A program made the position numbers and the translations under genes. A DNA stretch of 60,850 bases, filler included, from Sphacelaria rigidula (taxonomy: Eukaryota), in the NCBI GenBank assembly GCA_964200075.2. It is 5 parts of 5 records of this genome, joined end to end, with 100 filler letters (N's around TTAATTAATTAA, not from the genome) between each part and the next. Parts side by side here need not be neighbours in the genome. Positions count along the whole stretch, not along the records: positions 12,192 to 24,281 come from CAXNAA020004136.1; positions 24,382 to 36,471 come from CAXNAA020004137.1; 3 more parts are not named here. One strand, written 5' to 3'. Below, piece after piece: positions 12,192-25,123 of this stretch (its first letter is position 1; every line of letters begins with the position of its first letter). The notes beneath the pieces were generated by a model. It did no database searches. It had not been told where the DNA came from and saw only the letters and a list, made by a program, of their open reading frames with translations.

Positions 12192-12846
12192 CAAATATTG
12201 GCCGGCGCATCCGCCTGCAAACGTTCATGCAGCCTCTAGGCTGGCCCAGCTCGTAGAGCATCTCCTTGAACAGCACTCCAGACTGTAGATCTTTTTTGGG
12301 ATTGGTCACTGTTCTATGCGACAGTCTCCATTATCCGCTCACTCGCTGTTACGACTTTGTGCATACACCAGTACGTGGCAAAGTAGTCGGTGAGGCCACA
12401 CGCAGGAACTGATTCCAGTACAAGTAGGTCTCCTGTAGTTCAATCGGTCTCATACGGATCTGCAAAAGGGATTTTGGCGGATTATTTTGGAATGTGTAAA
12501 GAAAGACGGAAAACTACACTAACAACTGCGAGACAGATACGCGTTCTCGCCCTTGGGAGAACTACCGGGTTAACCCGAGAGTACTGTACTTGATATTGAC
12601 CCGCCCTTTCGATTGGCCACTCTTACCCCCCCCCTACTTCACCGGTATGATTAGCAATTTGGTGCCTTCCTCCCTTGAGCGCGAGGGTGGTGGGTGGGAA
12701 AATTTCATCAAGTTTCAGCGACTACTGTACTGCTGTAGGCTGAGACTGCTGATGTATTACTGTCTGGGTCGTCTGGTTTCGAGTGATGATGTATGTACAT
12801 TGTGTGCCTTGATTTTGGTGCTCCTGCACCAGATCAGCCTTGATGA

Positions 12847-13110
12847 TGTTTTCATGAGATTGAGAGTCTAGCGTTGATCACTTTCTCATTTTTCCCGTGC
12901 TCTTCTATGCCTGAACACTGTCGTGTACTTGCAGCTACACGTCTATATTCTACTAAGGGATATGATCAAAGGCTTCCGTGGCAAGCTACTACAGAAAGCG
13001 TATCCGGCCCGGTATAAGGCACGGGGGGGTATTTCGAAACTGAAACAATTTTATTCATTGACCCCTCCTCACTTTCGATCGTATTCTAGACTCTCGACCT
13101 CACGAAAACA
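12847..13110. mobile_element. ~270-bp MITE family B
   Basis: TIRs TGTTTTCATGAGATTGAGAGT and ACTCTCGACCTCACGAAAACA; homologous copies at 34571-34863, 42606-42887, 46112-46409 and ~49790-49980. Confidence 0.75.
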
Positions 13111-15528
13111 TTGTTCCTCGCCCCTTGAGCGTAATGCGCCGGTGGGCACTTGATTCAATCAAGACCCACGACCTATTATATCAGGTTCATTACTATCGAT
13201 ACCGTTTTTGTCAGACATCTCTCGGAAAAATTCAGAGTTTTGGGATTCTGCGTTCACACTTCTCCGAGAACACAGCGGCTTGTTTTTTCTCCCGAAACTT
13301 CACTTTCGGGGGAGTCGGAAAGATTCGGACTGCAACGCAGCACTTCTGAGAGCTGCCCTGTGAATACGCCATGGCGCTCGCAAGCATTCGAGAAACATCA
13401 GGTTCCTCGCCAGTCCCGGCAATGTCGGCGATCTCAGGAAATACAGTCTTGATAATAATGGGTACTTTCGATGTAGCACCCCCCTGAATACGTTCTTCAT
13501 CATTCGTCACCCGCCAGCACAAACCCCGTAATTCTTTCAGGATACAGCCAAATGACGGCCGACAGACACCACGGTACGGAATCGTTAGACTCCATAACCG
13601 TCATTAAAGATTGCCATGTTTCTGCGACCTCGTATGAAACGTACCGTAGGGACCAGGCCTGCCGCCACTACCCTGGTACAAGTTGAAGTACTCTTCGTGA
13701 GCGAACGTATTGCATGCATGTCAGAGAACAATGCGCGTCGAGGTCACAGTAAACAAGAAGCTTCTCGTTAGATTGGTAGTACAGCATTCGATTGGGAGAG
13801 AGCTCTTCAGCCCTTTGTAGAATCGGTATTATGGTCATTTTATAAAGTTTTGGCGTGACCCTACTTACCAACGCTGGCAGTCTAAGGATCAACATTCCGT
13901 CGAGGTCGTCGCTATATATATATCCAGCTGGTATATATTCCGAAAGCAAACAAATGCTAGCACATGCGTTCCTTCGGAGTCGCGACGGATCAATTTTCTA
14001 CAGTAGCACACACTGTATGAATCGGAAGAATATTTTTGGAAAAGACGGCATTGTGTCCGACAGGCAATCATAACCCGCCCAACGTATACCGGCGCATTGA
14101 TTAGAGGAATGTTCCGATGGTTGAATGCTCAATCCCCCTCCTTTCATCTTAGTTCGACACAAACGATCGTTCCCCATTGTTACTCGTCAAAGTTTCGTCC
14201 ATGAATGGAACAGAGGAAAATCGTCTCCCGAGTAAAAGCTACTACTGTCAATCGTAAGCTATGCCCTCAATCTCACGAAAGCCTTGATAGTACGTAGTGA
14301 TGTGAATTCAGAGTTGCAGCAACCCTCCAGCGAGGACTGTAGGTCCTTGAAGCCGAGGCCTTGACCCAGATCGTCTCTACTGAGAATTTTGAGTATTCTC
14401 AAGCTTCGGTCGGCGGTTTCTTCGAATAAGAAACGCAGATGGTCTTCTCCGCTTCGTTTACAGCGTCTGTCGCAAGCGGCCAATTTCGGCGTTGTGCGAT
14501 GTGGGAAAACGCGCTTCGACTTTATTTAACGACATGACTGACGATCGCACCCAGCAGCGTGAGGAACGAACTGTCGCCGCCTTTTGCTCGATCGATAACA
14601 GTTTAGACGAGGTTTCGAGAGAGGTCCACTCGGGTTGAACGATGAGCATACCCAAACCTTCTTCACCTCTTGCTCTCTGAATCCGAGTGAAAACACTACC
14701 ACGGAGCGCAAAGCGTTCGCTGTCGTTTGTTAGCGGCAAGACAAGCCTGTGGTAACACAAATGCCCGACTTTGGATCATCGTAGGATAAAGTTTCAAGGA
14801 CAACATTCGTAGATACGTAGACACGTACTTACACGAGCAAAATGAGGGTCGTCACTAACGCAAGATACCATGATGGGTTCCGACCCACACATTTCGCTGT
14901 CACAGATGCCGAGTTATGTTGACACCATGAGGATAGTGCGCTGTGACAAGTAAAGGCACGTATCCCCGGCAAGAACTACACAGATGGAATCAGTGGTCAG
15001 AAAATATCGACGCGAACTTCCAGTGGGCACTTCACACCATGAGTCGCGGAACCTCCTATCGATAGTTGACACGGAAACGAGACTACACACTAACTCGACA
15101 TAGTTTTGTATGGTTCGTGGGAGAGTCATGAGAGACTGCGATTGGGCTGTGCCACCTGTTCACTAAAACCGCATAACCTGAACATGGTGTGTGACCGGGA
15201 AAACGGCACAATCTTCTGCATCATATTCCAGTCAAGACAGCAAGTATATTAACAACACAAGGATGCACACCCTACACACTCACTCACTTGGACTCTGGCG
15301 GGCTATATAAAAAACAGAGGTGGACGTGTCATCGAGAGACGCCATGTGCACAGGTGGTGTGTCGCCCAGACCACATCGAGCTCCAGGTAAAAAATACATG
15401 AGCACCAGTCCATACACTCCATCAAAGACACCCCTTATCGCCATTCAGATGCTCTCAAACGTCTGAACAACCGGTGCCCTGTACCCCGCGAACTAGCTGT
15501 TGCCAGTGCTAGAAGCCATGCAGTAGCC

Positions 15529-18500
15529 TCAAATCAGGCGCTGGAAAGTCTCCCCCTGCATGACGCAGCCCGCCAGCGTTCTCTTCACTGTTCGCTCGAA
15601 CTGGCTGATATTGTCACGGTATAGCTCGGCCGCCTCGTGGTTGAGCGGGTCTTCGGGGTTTGGTTCGTAAAAAAGATAGATTAGCCCGTAGATGACAGCG
15701 TTGATATCCAACACCTGCAAAATATTGCACCGTTGACAGTTGCAGAGATCAAGGTGTTCAAAATATTATTATAGCATCAGGGTCAACATTATGAGGATCA
15801 AAGCCCCAAACTACAAGACAGGTTGAAGTAAGTGTGGAACTATCTGTACACACACCACGGAAGGTTATGCGAACAGCGGTCACGCCGCCTCACGTACCGG
15901 CTTCCAGTCTTCCCGCAAGATGTTAAGGCAGACGTTGCCCTGTAAGTTGATGTTTGGATGGTAGATTTTTGTTTCGCACAGCACCTAGTGAACGGTAGAC
16001 AAAGCAGGCGAAGTGACGACGTACGGCAAAATGGGGGTCGACATAAAAAAACTGCACATGACGATCCAAGTCAACAGGTCTGCTTCCGTAACTACAAAAA
16101 TGTCGCCGCGGTGAAAACAAGAGCAGCTAATGCAGCAGTTTGCACAAATGGGTGGATAATCCCTCGTAATTCATGGCGGTCCCTTCTTTGTCACCACACA
16201 TGAGTTATGCGCTATCGAGGTGTGCTACGTCTTGGTCTCCTCACTCTTTCCTTCCCTCTCTCGCACGATTTGCGCTTTCACCTACACTGCTCACATCCTC
16301 CCTCGAATCTGGTTTCAATCTATGGCGTAGTGTACCGTGAAGCAACGGTACAAGCAACGGTATACTGCGCCTCCCAGTATGACTCATCCCTCTAACCTTG
16401 GGTGGGTCGTGTGGATAAAGTGCAGGAATGGTGAACGTGAAGTCGTAAGAAGCGCCCTTCCAGTACCCGCTGTCCGGCTTCACCTGCAGCGTCGAGAAGA
16501 CGCGAACAATAGGACACAACACGTGTAAGCCGGTGGCTTTGCAAATATGCACGCCCTGGACAATATACGGTCAATAGATGCAATACGCCTATACTGTACA
16601 CAGTACATTTTGCCTATTGCATCTATTCACCATACACTGTTATGGACGCGCGCGCCTGACCCCCCAAAATGAGCCAAAAAAGTGTCACCGACCAAAAGCA
16701 CGAACAGACCGGAGATGTCGCTCATCCCCTGATTATGCACGCCGTAAAATCCCCCGAATTACTTGTGATCTGAGTGGGGTTTCCTCTCGACGATTTCCCA
16801 TTTCCATTGTCCCAGGCTACGAACCACGGCATGCCTCGGCTACTCACCGGCGTGTATTTGTCCAAGCTACAATCTGCAAACAGTGTGGAACCAACGGAGT
16901 CATGGTGATCGAGAAAATCGCAAAAACCCATGTTTTTTCCGCTTAATTTGTATAAAACTTGGATCCCGATGAGATTAAAAAAAATCGACCACGGAATTTG
17001 TAGCTGTTGTCTTTGCGCAGATGATGCAAAAAATCGCATCCCAAGCGATGGCCTTGGCGATGAGGAATGGGGGCAACCGTTTGGGCTATGAGCGCAAATC
17101 AGCGCCTCCAACCCTCGCCGGTTTTCACGACATGCAAAAATCTCACCCCAGTCCAACGGCATCAGAATAGATCACACCCATGAATGACTCTTGATAGGGG
17201 CACGGACGACAGTGGCAACATAGTGCAGATGATTGATACATCGCATGTCCGGAATGCTGGAGAGGTGTACAAGTTGAACCTTCGACTGACCCCCCATAAG
17301 CTGTGTCTGCGAGACACATACCCCTTTCTGTACGCCGCTGGTGTCGGCGGAAAGAGTAGTGCTCGTTCTCCTGCACCGAGTGCAATCGCTTTTTCACCTA
17401 TAGCGTACGTTGGTATTTGATCTTACTTGGTGTCAAGTATGGGAACCCACCCGTACTACAGATATATGGGAATCTTCGGGTTCGTCCGGGTCACGGGGAC
17501 GTGCCCCTGCTCCTCTTGCCGGTGCACCGTCCTGGTTTTGCGGACCCCTCGGAAGCGACTGCACAATGTTGACGGACATGATTCGCCAACGCTCATGTAT
17601 AGTATTTCGCGTTTTACGTGCGTATCTGCGAGTGCTCGCAAGTAGACACTTCGGCTACAACGCAACACGGGGTTAACCCTTGGACGGCGAGAGCAGGTAA
17701 TCTGCCGAATCGGCATCAATTTATCTCGCAAACAGAACGCATAATCCAAATAGACTACCCTCACAGTTGGCTTTGTTTTCATGGCCGATTCGTTTTTGCT
17801 CCAACCATAGTTTCCGTTTTGGTTTCTATACACGCCATGCCACTGCGTCGTTTTTTCGTCGGCAGTTTGGGGATATTGTGATGCCACATACGGCGATGTT
17901 GGGGTATTGACTTCAGAATGCGGGCATTTTCTCGATGTGGATTTTGGATTTATGTCCTTCTCTTCCGATAACGTAACGCGCATTTTGCCCCAAGAAGCAG
18001 GATAAGCCGCAAAAGTCGGTCTGTTCGTGCTTTTGGTCGGTGACACTTTTTTGGCTCATTTTGGGGGGTCAGGCGCGCCCATAACTATCTAGGGTGTGCA
18101 CATATGTTGCGCACATGTTGCAACTCGGCAATTTTATATTGCGTTGACATATGAATTCGGCAACCAATATATTCATCCCGTTATGCTACATGGACTCACC
18201 CTGACTTTGAAAGATGTCAGATTGTTAGGATTAGGGAACGTGATCTCCGCCACGCTTCCTCCGTCCAAGTCCGCGATATCTGTGGAACAGGTTTCACAAA
18301 CGTGAACGGCGAATTAGGAGAACATCTGGAATGTGCTTCAAATGCACTTTATCGCTGAGCGAGATCGCGATCAAAGTCAACGGACGCCAAAACACACAAT
18401 CAACCAAAGCGGACAAGACGGGTGAAGCACAGCGGTCCGGAAAGGGTTCTCATGAGGCAGAAGTACTACGGAGTCTCATGTGCACGGCATCCCTGCCTTT

Positions 18501-21332
18501 TGGACTTCCCTTCCTACGACACGTACAGGGTAGTCAAAGGGAGTGTAATGGGTTCCACTTGTAATTTGCCTACCAATTATTGATAGCGCAACGAGTGAAC
18601 ACTGCGAAAGTAGGGTACAAAATAACGGATATGAACCATAGGCTGGGGTACGGCGATCAACCGAAGCGCCCTTGTGGCTGCTCAACAAGTGCCTCACCCT
18701 TCTGTATGCGGATCTCCCCTGGAGTTTTTTTCGACCCCGTAGCCTTGGAAGAACTCCGCTTCGCCCTTCGGCCTCCGATTCCCAATACGTGAAGCTGCTT
18801 CGCTCCTGCTTTCTCCTCACCCCCCTTTGGCTGAGCTGCTGCATTTGAGGAATCAGTCTCCTCCACATCCATCGCTGCCTCCGCAGCCTTCTCTTCCTGA
18901 CGGTGAGTTTCAGATATCGATTGCGCATATTTCATTAGAAGATTTCCGTTGTTCGCGCACTGTTTTTATTTCGGGCAATGGCCTAGAAAAGGTATAGCTT
19001 CTCGTTTTTTGCCCAAGAAAGATACGAAACATGGCCAGAGACGCGAAAACAGCCAAAGACGCCATTCTGACCGTTTTCACTCCGAGCTTTTCACGTACAT
19101 CTTTCTTTTTTTTTTGGGGGGGGGGGGCCTTTCCTCTCAGCCTCTGAAAAAAAAAATAAAAAATCCATGTATTCTTATAATCTCACAACATCATAAANNN
19201 NNNNNACTTTCTTTTTTTTTTGGGGGGGGGGGGCATTGGCACTCAGGCCTCGAAAAAAAAAAGTAAAAATACATGTTACTCGAGAAATATAACCACGCGG
19301 AAACTGACGTCTCGCCTCCAGAAAGTGCTTATCTTTTGTAGGCCAAATTTCGCCAAGGTATACCTGGTCCAAGAATTCTATTTTAATAATACCTTATCTG
19401 GGCCATCGATCGGCCGAGAACGTACCTTTGCTAAGCCATCGCTCTCTGCACTGTACCTGATGCGGCACATTGCGCGAAAGAGAGTCTACGTGCCAACTCG
19501 AACCATGGCGCCCACACGTTCGGCTCTTTTCCCGCTCATTTGCCGTTCACGGACGCCACGACGACCACGTCCCTTTCTCGCCGGGAATGGTTCCCGAGTC
19601 TCTCCGCATCGACACAATAACTGGACGCACAACTCGCAGCGCGTCGGTCTTTTGTGATCCGCTGGGTTGTGGAACACTGTTGTACTGTTGCGATCTCGGG
19701 ATGTCAGGGTCAAGCTAGGCTTCTCCACAACCGACGGGCGGTTGTCACATCATCGATGGCTCAAGAAAAGTATACAATACTAGTCGTCACGCATACAGAG
19801 ATAAGGACAGAGCAGTAATAGCGTTCAGCACTCCAGTACAGAGCAACGTGCAACCAACGAAAACACTCGTGGAACGAGGCTAGTTGATTCTATCTTATTT
19901 GACCGCGAGGGTAGGTCACCTGCTGAATCGCCACCTACCTTATCTGAACGTTCTCGACCGATCGGTGGCCCAGATAAGGTACGATTAAAAAAGGATTCCT
20001 GGACCAGGTATACCTAGGCGAACTTTGGCCTACAAAAGAGAAGCGGTTTCTGGAGGCGAAACGTCCGTTTTCGCGTGGTCATATTTCTCGAGTATCATGT
20101 TTTTTCCCGTTTTTTTTCGAGGCCTGGGTGCCAATGGCCCCCCCGAAAGATGTACGTGAAAAACTCGGAGCGGAAACGGTCAAAATGGCGTGTTTGTCTG
20201 TTTTTGCGTTTGTGGCCATGTTTCGGACCTTTCTTGCGCAAAAGACGAGGTGTACCTTTTCTAGGCCATTGCCCTTTCATTTCTGTCATGATTCCCCTCC
20301 GATTCCTCGGGGTAAGTCCATGGTCCGAAAGAATCAACCCATCTTTACTGCGGTACATAACGGGCATTATGTTAAGAACGGTATCAGCACTCCCACATCC
20401 CATCACGTCGTCGTCAAATCTTCGTTACTTGTCTTTTTTCCATTTCGACGATATATAGCAGTTCATGCTCAACAGCACTTCATCTGTTGGGAAACCTGTC
20501 ACGTTCCGGCCCAAGTGGCCGCTGGTGCACAATTTGGACCAGCGGGGGCGGGGGGCAACATCATGCCGTAACAAATGCGGACAACCAGACTCCAAGACCT
20601 TCAGGTACCAGAGATGAATTGCATACAAAATTGACAACGGCGCACAACTTGGCAGAAGGCACCATCACCAGAGTGGAGACGAGCAACTACTGCTTGTACA
20701 CGTCGGAAAACACAGCTTCAGGGGCAGCGAACTTGACTTGATAGACCCAATAAGGTCCCGGAAGGAACAAAATTGAAACGCAGCCGTTCCTCCAGCAAGC
20801 GGAATTCAAAAGGAAGCCAAGGCGTGTACCCCGAATGGCGGAGGGTATCGTACCTTTCAGGCTGAAAAACAAGACCGTCAAATTACCATTCTATCAGAAC
20901 AGGTGAGGGAGTGGAGATCTCCCATCATGCTAAGCGAACCTGAGGGACTGGGCCGGCGTTTTTGTTGGGGCATGCTAACACACCCACCTCAAGACCCGGT
21001 GCTGCCCTAAGCAAGTGCAGGCAGCGTGTACGAGCTCCACCAACATGCGTCCAATTCGCCAAAAAAGTCCAGACTATCCAAAGCACAGAGTTTCCTTCTA
21101 CAGGGCGTGGGCAGAACGTCCCAACCTATGATCGTGAACACTACTGCACAGCTATCGATAGATTGACAGCTGTGCCTTTGGTGATGTAGTTGCTTTCGGG
21201 CAGTGCAGCAATCTCGGCTGTCAGACTACCGTAGTGTTGCTGCACCCTCACGTTGTCAATCCAAAATGGGACGTCACTCACGTACGACGAGCGCGGGAAA
21301 CTCACATCTTGTTTCTTCTTCAGGCGAATCAT
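15529..21332 (-). CDS. UBC12: NEDD8-conjugating enzyme E2 (Ubc12/UBE2M/RCE1), 6 exons: 21332-21306, 18896-18698, 18279-18200, 16483-16397, 15984-15898, 15714-15529; ~221 aa
   Basis: All introns GT-AG with consistent phases. Protein reads [12 protein letters not shown]...[15 protein letters not shown]...|[87 protein letters not shown]...*. The HPN...[16 protein letters not shown] signature is typical of Ubc12. Confidence 0.95.
16639..18085. mobile_element. Non-autonomous TIR element in UBC12 intron 3
   Basis: ~70-bp near-perfect TIRs GTTATGG...CCCCAAAATGAGCCAAAAAAGTGTCACCGACCAAAAGCACGAACAGACC and its reverse complement at ~18017-18085. Confidence 0.85.
18973..20274. mobile_element. Long-TIR (fold-back-like) element in UBC12 intron 1
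   Basis: Arms ~18973-19420 and ~19950-20274 are inverted copies; ends GGGCAATGGCCTAG and CTAGGCCATTGCCC; both flanks read TTTC (candidate 4-bp TSD); an 8-N gap lies at 19198-19205. Confidence 0.85.
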
Positions 21333-21579
21333 GTTTACGCTTTGTGGTTCCTGGGCTCTTGGGATGCAGAGACGTTTAGCTGGTAGTACAGCTAGGTGAA
21401 GCACACTGCTTCTGGCAAGTACAGCAGAGCAGCGAAATATGTACGAAAATGTCGTACTCCAACATTTCGGGGAAATGTCGTACTCCAGTGTTGTGTTGCG
21501 TGCGCCTCCTGACAGCTGGGTAGTTAAGAGTAGCGTGGTACGTTGCGGAGTTCAACGAAGTGACAGTGGCCAGCGAGAG
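21333..21579. promoter_or_regulatory. Putative bidirectional promoter and 5'UTRs between UBC12 and MSH2
   Basis: Only 247 bp separate two divergent start codons. Confidence 0.55.
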
Positions 21580-22068
21580 ATGTCGGATCATTTTTCCACT
21601 TTCTTTCGTCGCCTACAGGTACAAAGTGAACCGCACAGATGGCCCGAAATGAACATGACAGAGTATCATACCGCACATATTTTGTATCTCTCCGCGTCCC
21701 GCTCATGGCTACCCACGTCCCACTCACCATGTCTGTTGCGTTGCACTACTGTACTTTCCGTGCAACAATGTACTGCACAACTTTGTGCCGTAAATCAGAG
21801 CTAAGGCAATGGCTCGGGTTAGGCACCTTCGCAATGGTCATATATCTCCTTGATCCCTTCGTCTTGGTTCTCTCGTCTCACACATGATGCGGATATGTAT
21901 GTTTTTTTTTCAACAGAGCACACCGGGCATGGTTAAATTCTTCAGGCGAAGTAAGGACTGGATTTACTACACGTGCCACGGAGTGGACGCAGACCTTGTT
22001 GGCCGAGAGGCCTACAAGAGCACATCAGCTGTCTCGGTGCAAGGTGGTCTCCCAAGCTTAACCGTCAG
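21580..22068 (+). CDS. MSH2: DNA mismatch repair protein MSH2, 5' exons 21580-21618 and 21917-22068; rest not found in this contig
   Basis: MSDHFSTFFRRLQ|STPGMVKFFRRSKDWIYYTCHGVDADLVGREAYKSTSAVSVQGGLPSLTV matches the MSH2 domain-I pattern (V.FF.R..YYT.HG.DA..V....YK), without the GxFYE of MSH6/MutS; canonical GT-AG intron. Confidence 0.8.
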
Positions 22069-24214
22069 GTAACACCACGTTTAACATGCCGCCTGGGGAA
22101 AGAAATCCTGCTATCGCAATCCGACCTATGTTCAAGAAATTGTCTCGCACAATGCCGCTGTCTGCTGTCTGGAGCTATATCATCATGCGATACATTGACT
22201 AAAACCACCCTGTACCGTGTCTATATCGTGGTTTCCCATATGCTCTCTGTGGTGGATCTATACGATTGCTTCTATAGTAAATATCCTAATTTTTTCGTTG
22301 TCAACCTGTGTCAACCCTTACATGACGAGCGTCGCATCGGAACAGTATCACAGGCTGACAGTCCAGAGACATCCGGGGGTTTCCAGGGGGGGGTGAGGCG
22401 GGGGAGGAGTGTCTGTCCGCAGAGCAGGCAGAAAGCTCACGGAGTCAACCATGTGTGTTTGTAAATTTCCCGCGGGAGATTCCATGCCGGGAACGAGGCC
22501 TAAGAGGCGCGGAATGACCATTCTGACCAATCACGACTGTCAAAATGGTCACTTTGTTCCTCTACAGGTGGACTATAGGTGGACTACTTCGCTATCTAGT
22601 CGTGTTTCTCGTTTTTATCATTGCAATTCAACCATAGATTTCATGGGCAAAATTGACTACACTCTACTCGTGGTCTATGCCATCTGCCTGCCCCCTCATG
22701 TGCTGCCAACATAGCTTCACACTGTCTGCAGTGTTGTGGAATAATAAGCTGAGACATCAGCAGCACGCAGTAGGCTGTGTTCAGTGGAGAGCGATGGCAC
22801 GCTGACTGTTTCTTGCCGTTGTAACCAGCGTAGAAATACAGCACACACACTGACTCTGCACGCATTAGCCTGCAGTTGCAAAACATGTCAGGGTTCTCCA
22901 GGACTATTTTCTATTTTCTATATATTGTAGATGCCAAAATTCCATATGTTCATGAAAAGGTGTTTTGTGTAGCGAGAAAAGAGCTGTTCTGAACCCAAAA
23001 TGTGGCATAGTCCAACTCAGTGGATAATTCGTGAAGGGGAAGGGGGGGGAGGGGGGTTCCCAGATCATTGGACAAAGCTTCCCAGATCAACCATGTGTAT
23101 TTCCAAGAAATTTCCAGTTCGGGCGAGAGGCGTGAGAGGCGTGAAATAATCGTTTTGATGGTTCTGACTGGTCGAATGAGGCATTTACTTCTGTACGAAT
23201 GACTCAACATGACCTCTCAGCGGTCGAGATGGACCTGACTATTTATGCAACGATCACTTGACCACTAACCCTTTGGCTAACGCAGCGCAGATAACCGTGT
23301 GTGGGCACACAAGTAGCATAACACTGTCAATACTCTGAACCAATCATATGGGCATAGTGCTCGCTGACCGACGAAGGACGGTGAAAAAAGCAGGGTCCAT
23401 GGATGACCTATCGAGGACGGAAAAGCGTCCCCCCAGGCGATGTAACTGTTGTAAACCGTCAGTGTACACACGGTCAAGGCTGCATCGGTTGCTTGCCATG
23501 TAAGTTTCGAGGGTGCATCATACGGTTTTACTAAAGAAAAAGTATTGCTCACCACCGGCCTCTGTTGAGGCCTCCCGACGGCCGGTGAACCTGCACAGGA
23601 TGACCTTCTAACCTACATGGATTCACGTTTTCATTGCATAATGTAAGCAACGCATACACCGGCGAGGGAAATGGCTGTCACGCACGTAAGGAGAGGCTGA
23701 CAGAAATGGCTTGATGTTGTACACCCCATATGATGGTCTTTCGATGGTGGCGGGTATACCCGTGACCAGCGTAGTGTACTGTACTGCCCTGCACTGTACT
23801 GTGTTTACCTTCAGGTCAATCAAAGATGCCCATGGATGAGAAGCGTGCTGTGGCTACCCATCCATCAGACCATCCCGGTCTGTATGACCAGCACATGACA
23901 GTAGCAATAGGCAGCATGAGAATGAACAAGGTTATTGCTATGAACCAACTTTTCCCAACACACGTCGCCATTGTACTCGCATCACGCCGGGCGTATCCTC
24001 TGACTGTGATTCGCGCCATGCGTAGAAGGGGTCTGCATTGCACGACTCTTTTACAAACAGATGTTCTAGATGTTCTGCGGAGACATGTAGAAAACTGAAC
24101 CGCTCTACTACTGCGCTGCTTTTTTTATTCGATAGAGTTAACCATGATCATGTCCCTTTTGGATCTTCATACGGCTTTCACTTCATTTGAATCAAATCGA
24201 TTTCCATGATATGC

Positions 24215-24281
24215 AGGGGGGGGTGTACTCATTTGTTGCTTGCCTTAGTCGTTTGACCATTGACCATGCATCCCTTTCGAG
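24215..24281 (-). repeat. Family A 3' end at contig end
   Basis: GGGGGGGGGTGTACTC...GACCATTGACC, reverse complement of the family A end. Confidence 0.8.
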
Positions 24282-24381
24282 NNNNNNNNNNNNNNNNNNN
24301 NNNNNNNNNNNNNNNNNNNNNNNNNTTAATTAATTAANNNNNNNNNNNNNNNNNNNNNNNNNNNNNNNNNNNNNNNNNNNN
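24282..24381. other. Artificial contig linker
   Basis: N44-TTAATTAATTAA-N44. Confidence 0.98.
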
Positions 24382-25020
24382 CACGAACTCGTTCGAGTCG
24401 GGAAAAATGATAAGACACCGCCTAAGTCGTGACAAGGAAAAGCAATAAAGAGTCAACACAAGCAAAGCACAGAAAGAAATGGCCGACCTAAAGCAAGAAA
24501 AAGGAAAACAAGAGGAAAACAATTGCCCTTCTGCACGAACTGAAAACAATAACAAAGCAAACTTGACCAGCTTGCTGACATCCTTTCCAGAGGAGAGTTG
24601 AAGCGTTCCCCCGAGGGAGCGGACAGAGAGTCAGTTCAGTAGTTTCATACGTATACGGTAGTGGGACTGCGGTATGAACAGTATAATAGACACACCATGG
24701 GTGTTGTGGCTTATCCTCGCCCCCGGACGACATTTTCACATGTTTTTGCAACCCACCAGCCCCTCCCTGCCTCCTGCTTCGTGTACAAGCCAAAACTACA
24801 GCACAGGAAGGGTGATTGCTGCAAACAAAACGAACTCAACCAGCTTGCTGACATCCCTAGCGGGATCGCCCAGATCAGCGTCACGGTACTACTGCAAGAG
24901 CGCGGAAAAAGGAGAGTTGACACGTTTCCCCGAGAAAGTGGACAGAGAGTCAGTGCAGCAGTTTTATATACACAGTATAATAGTGCATCACCTTTTAATC
25001 GCCACACTGTAAAACACCCA

Positions 25021-25123
25021 CCCCCACGCCTCTCTTGCTCCGTCTCCAAAGGGATGCGTGGTCAATGGTCAAACGACTAAGGCAAGCAACAAATGAGTAC
25101 GCCCCTCCCCCACGCCTCTCTTG
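25021..25123 (+). mobile_element. 5'-truncated family A insertion (25038-25106) with 17-bp target-site duplication
   Basis: CCCCCACGCCTCTCTTG occurs at 25021-25037 and again at 25107-25123. Confidence 0.8.

Noticed and set aside
18223..18236. Telomere-like TTAGGATTAGGG
   Set aside because: Antisense of the PNPN codons in UBC12 exon 3.
22069..24281. Further MSH2 exons
   Set aside because: Candidate acceptors (~22568, ~23814, ~24060) give stops or non-MSH2 peptides; the gene probably continues beyond the contig.
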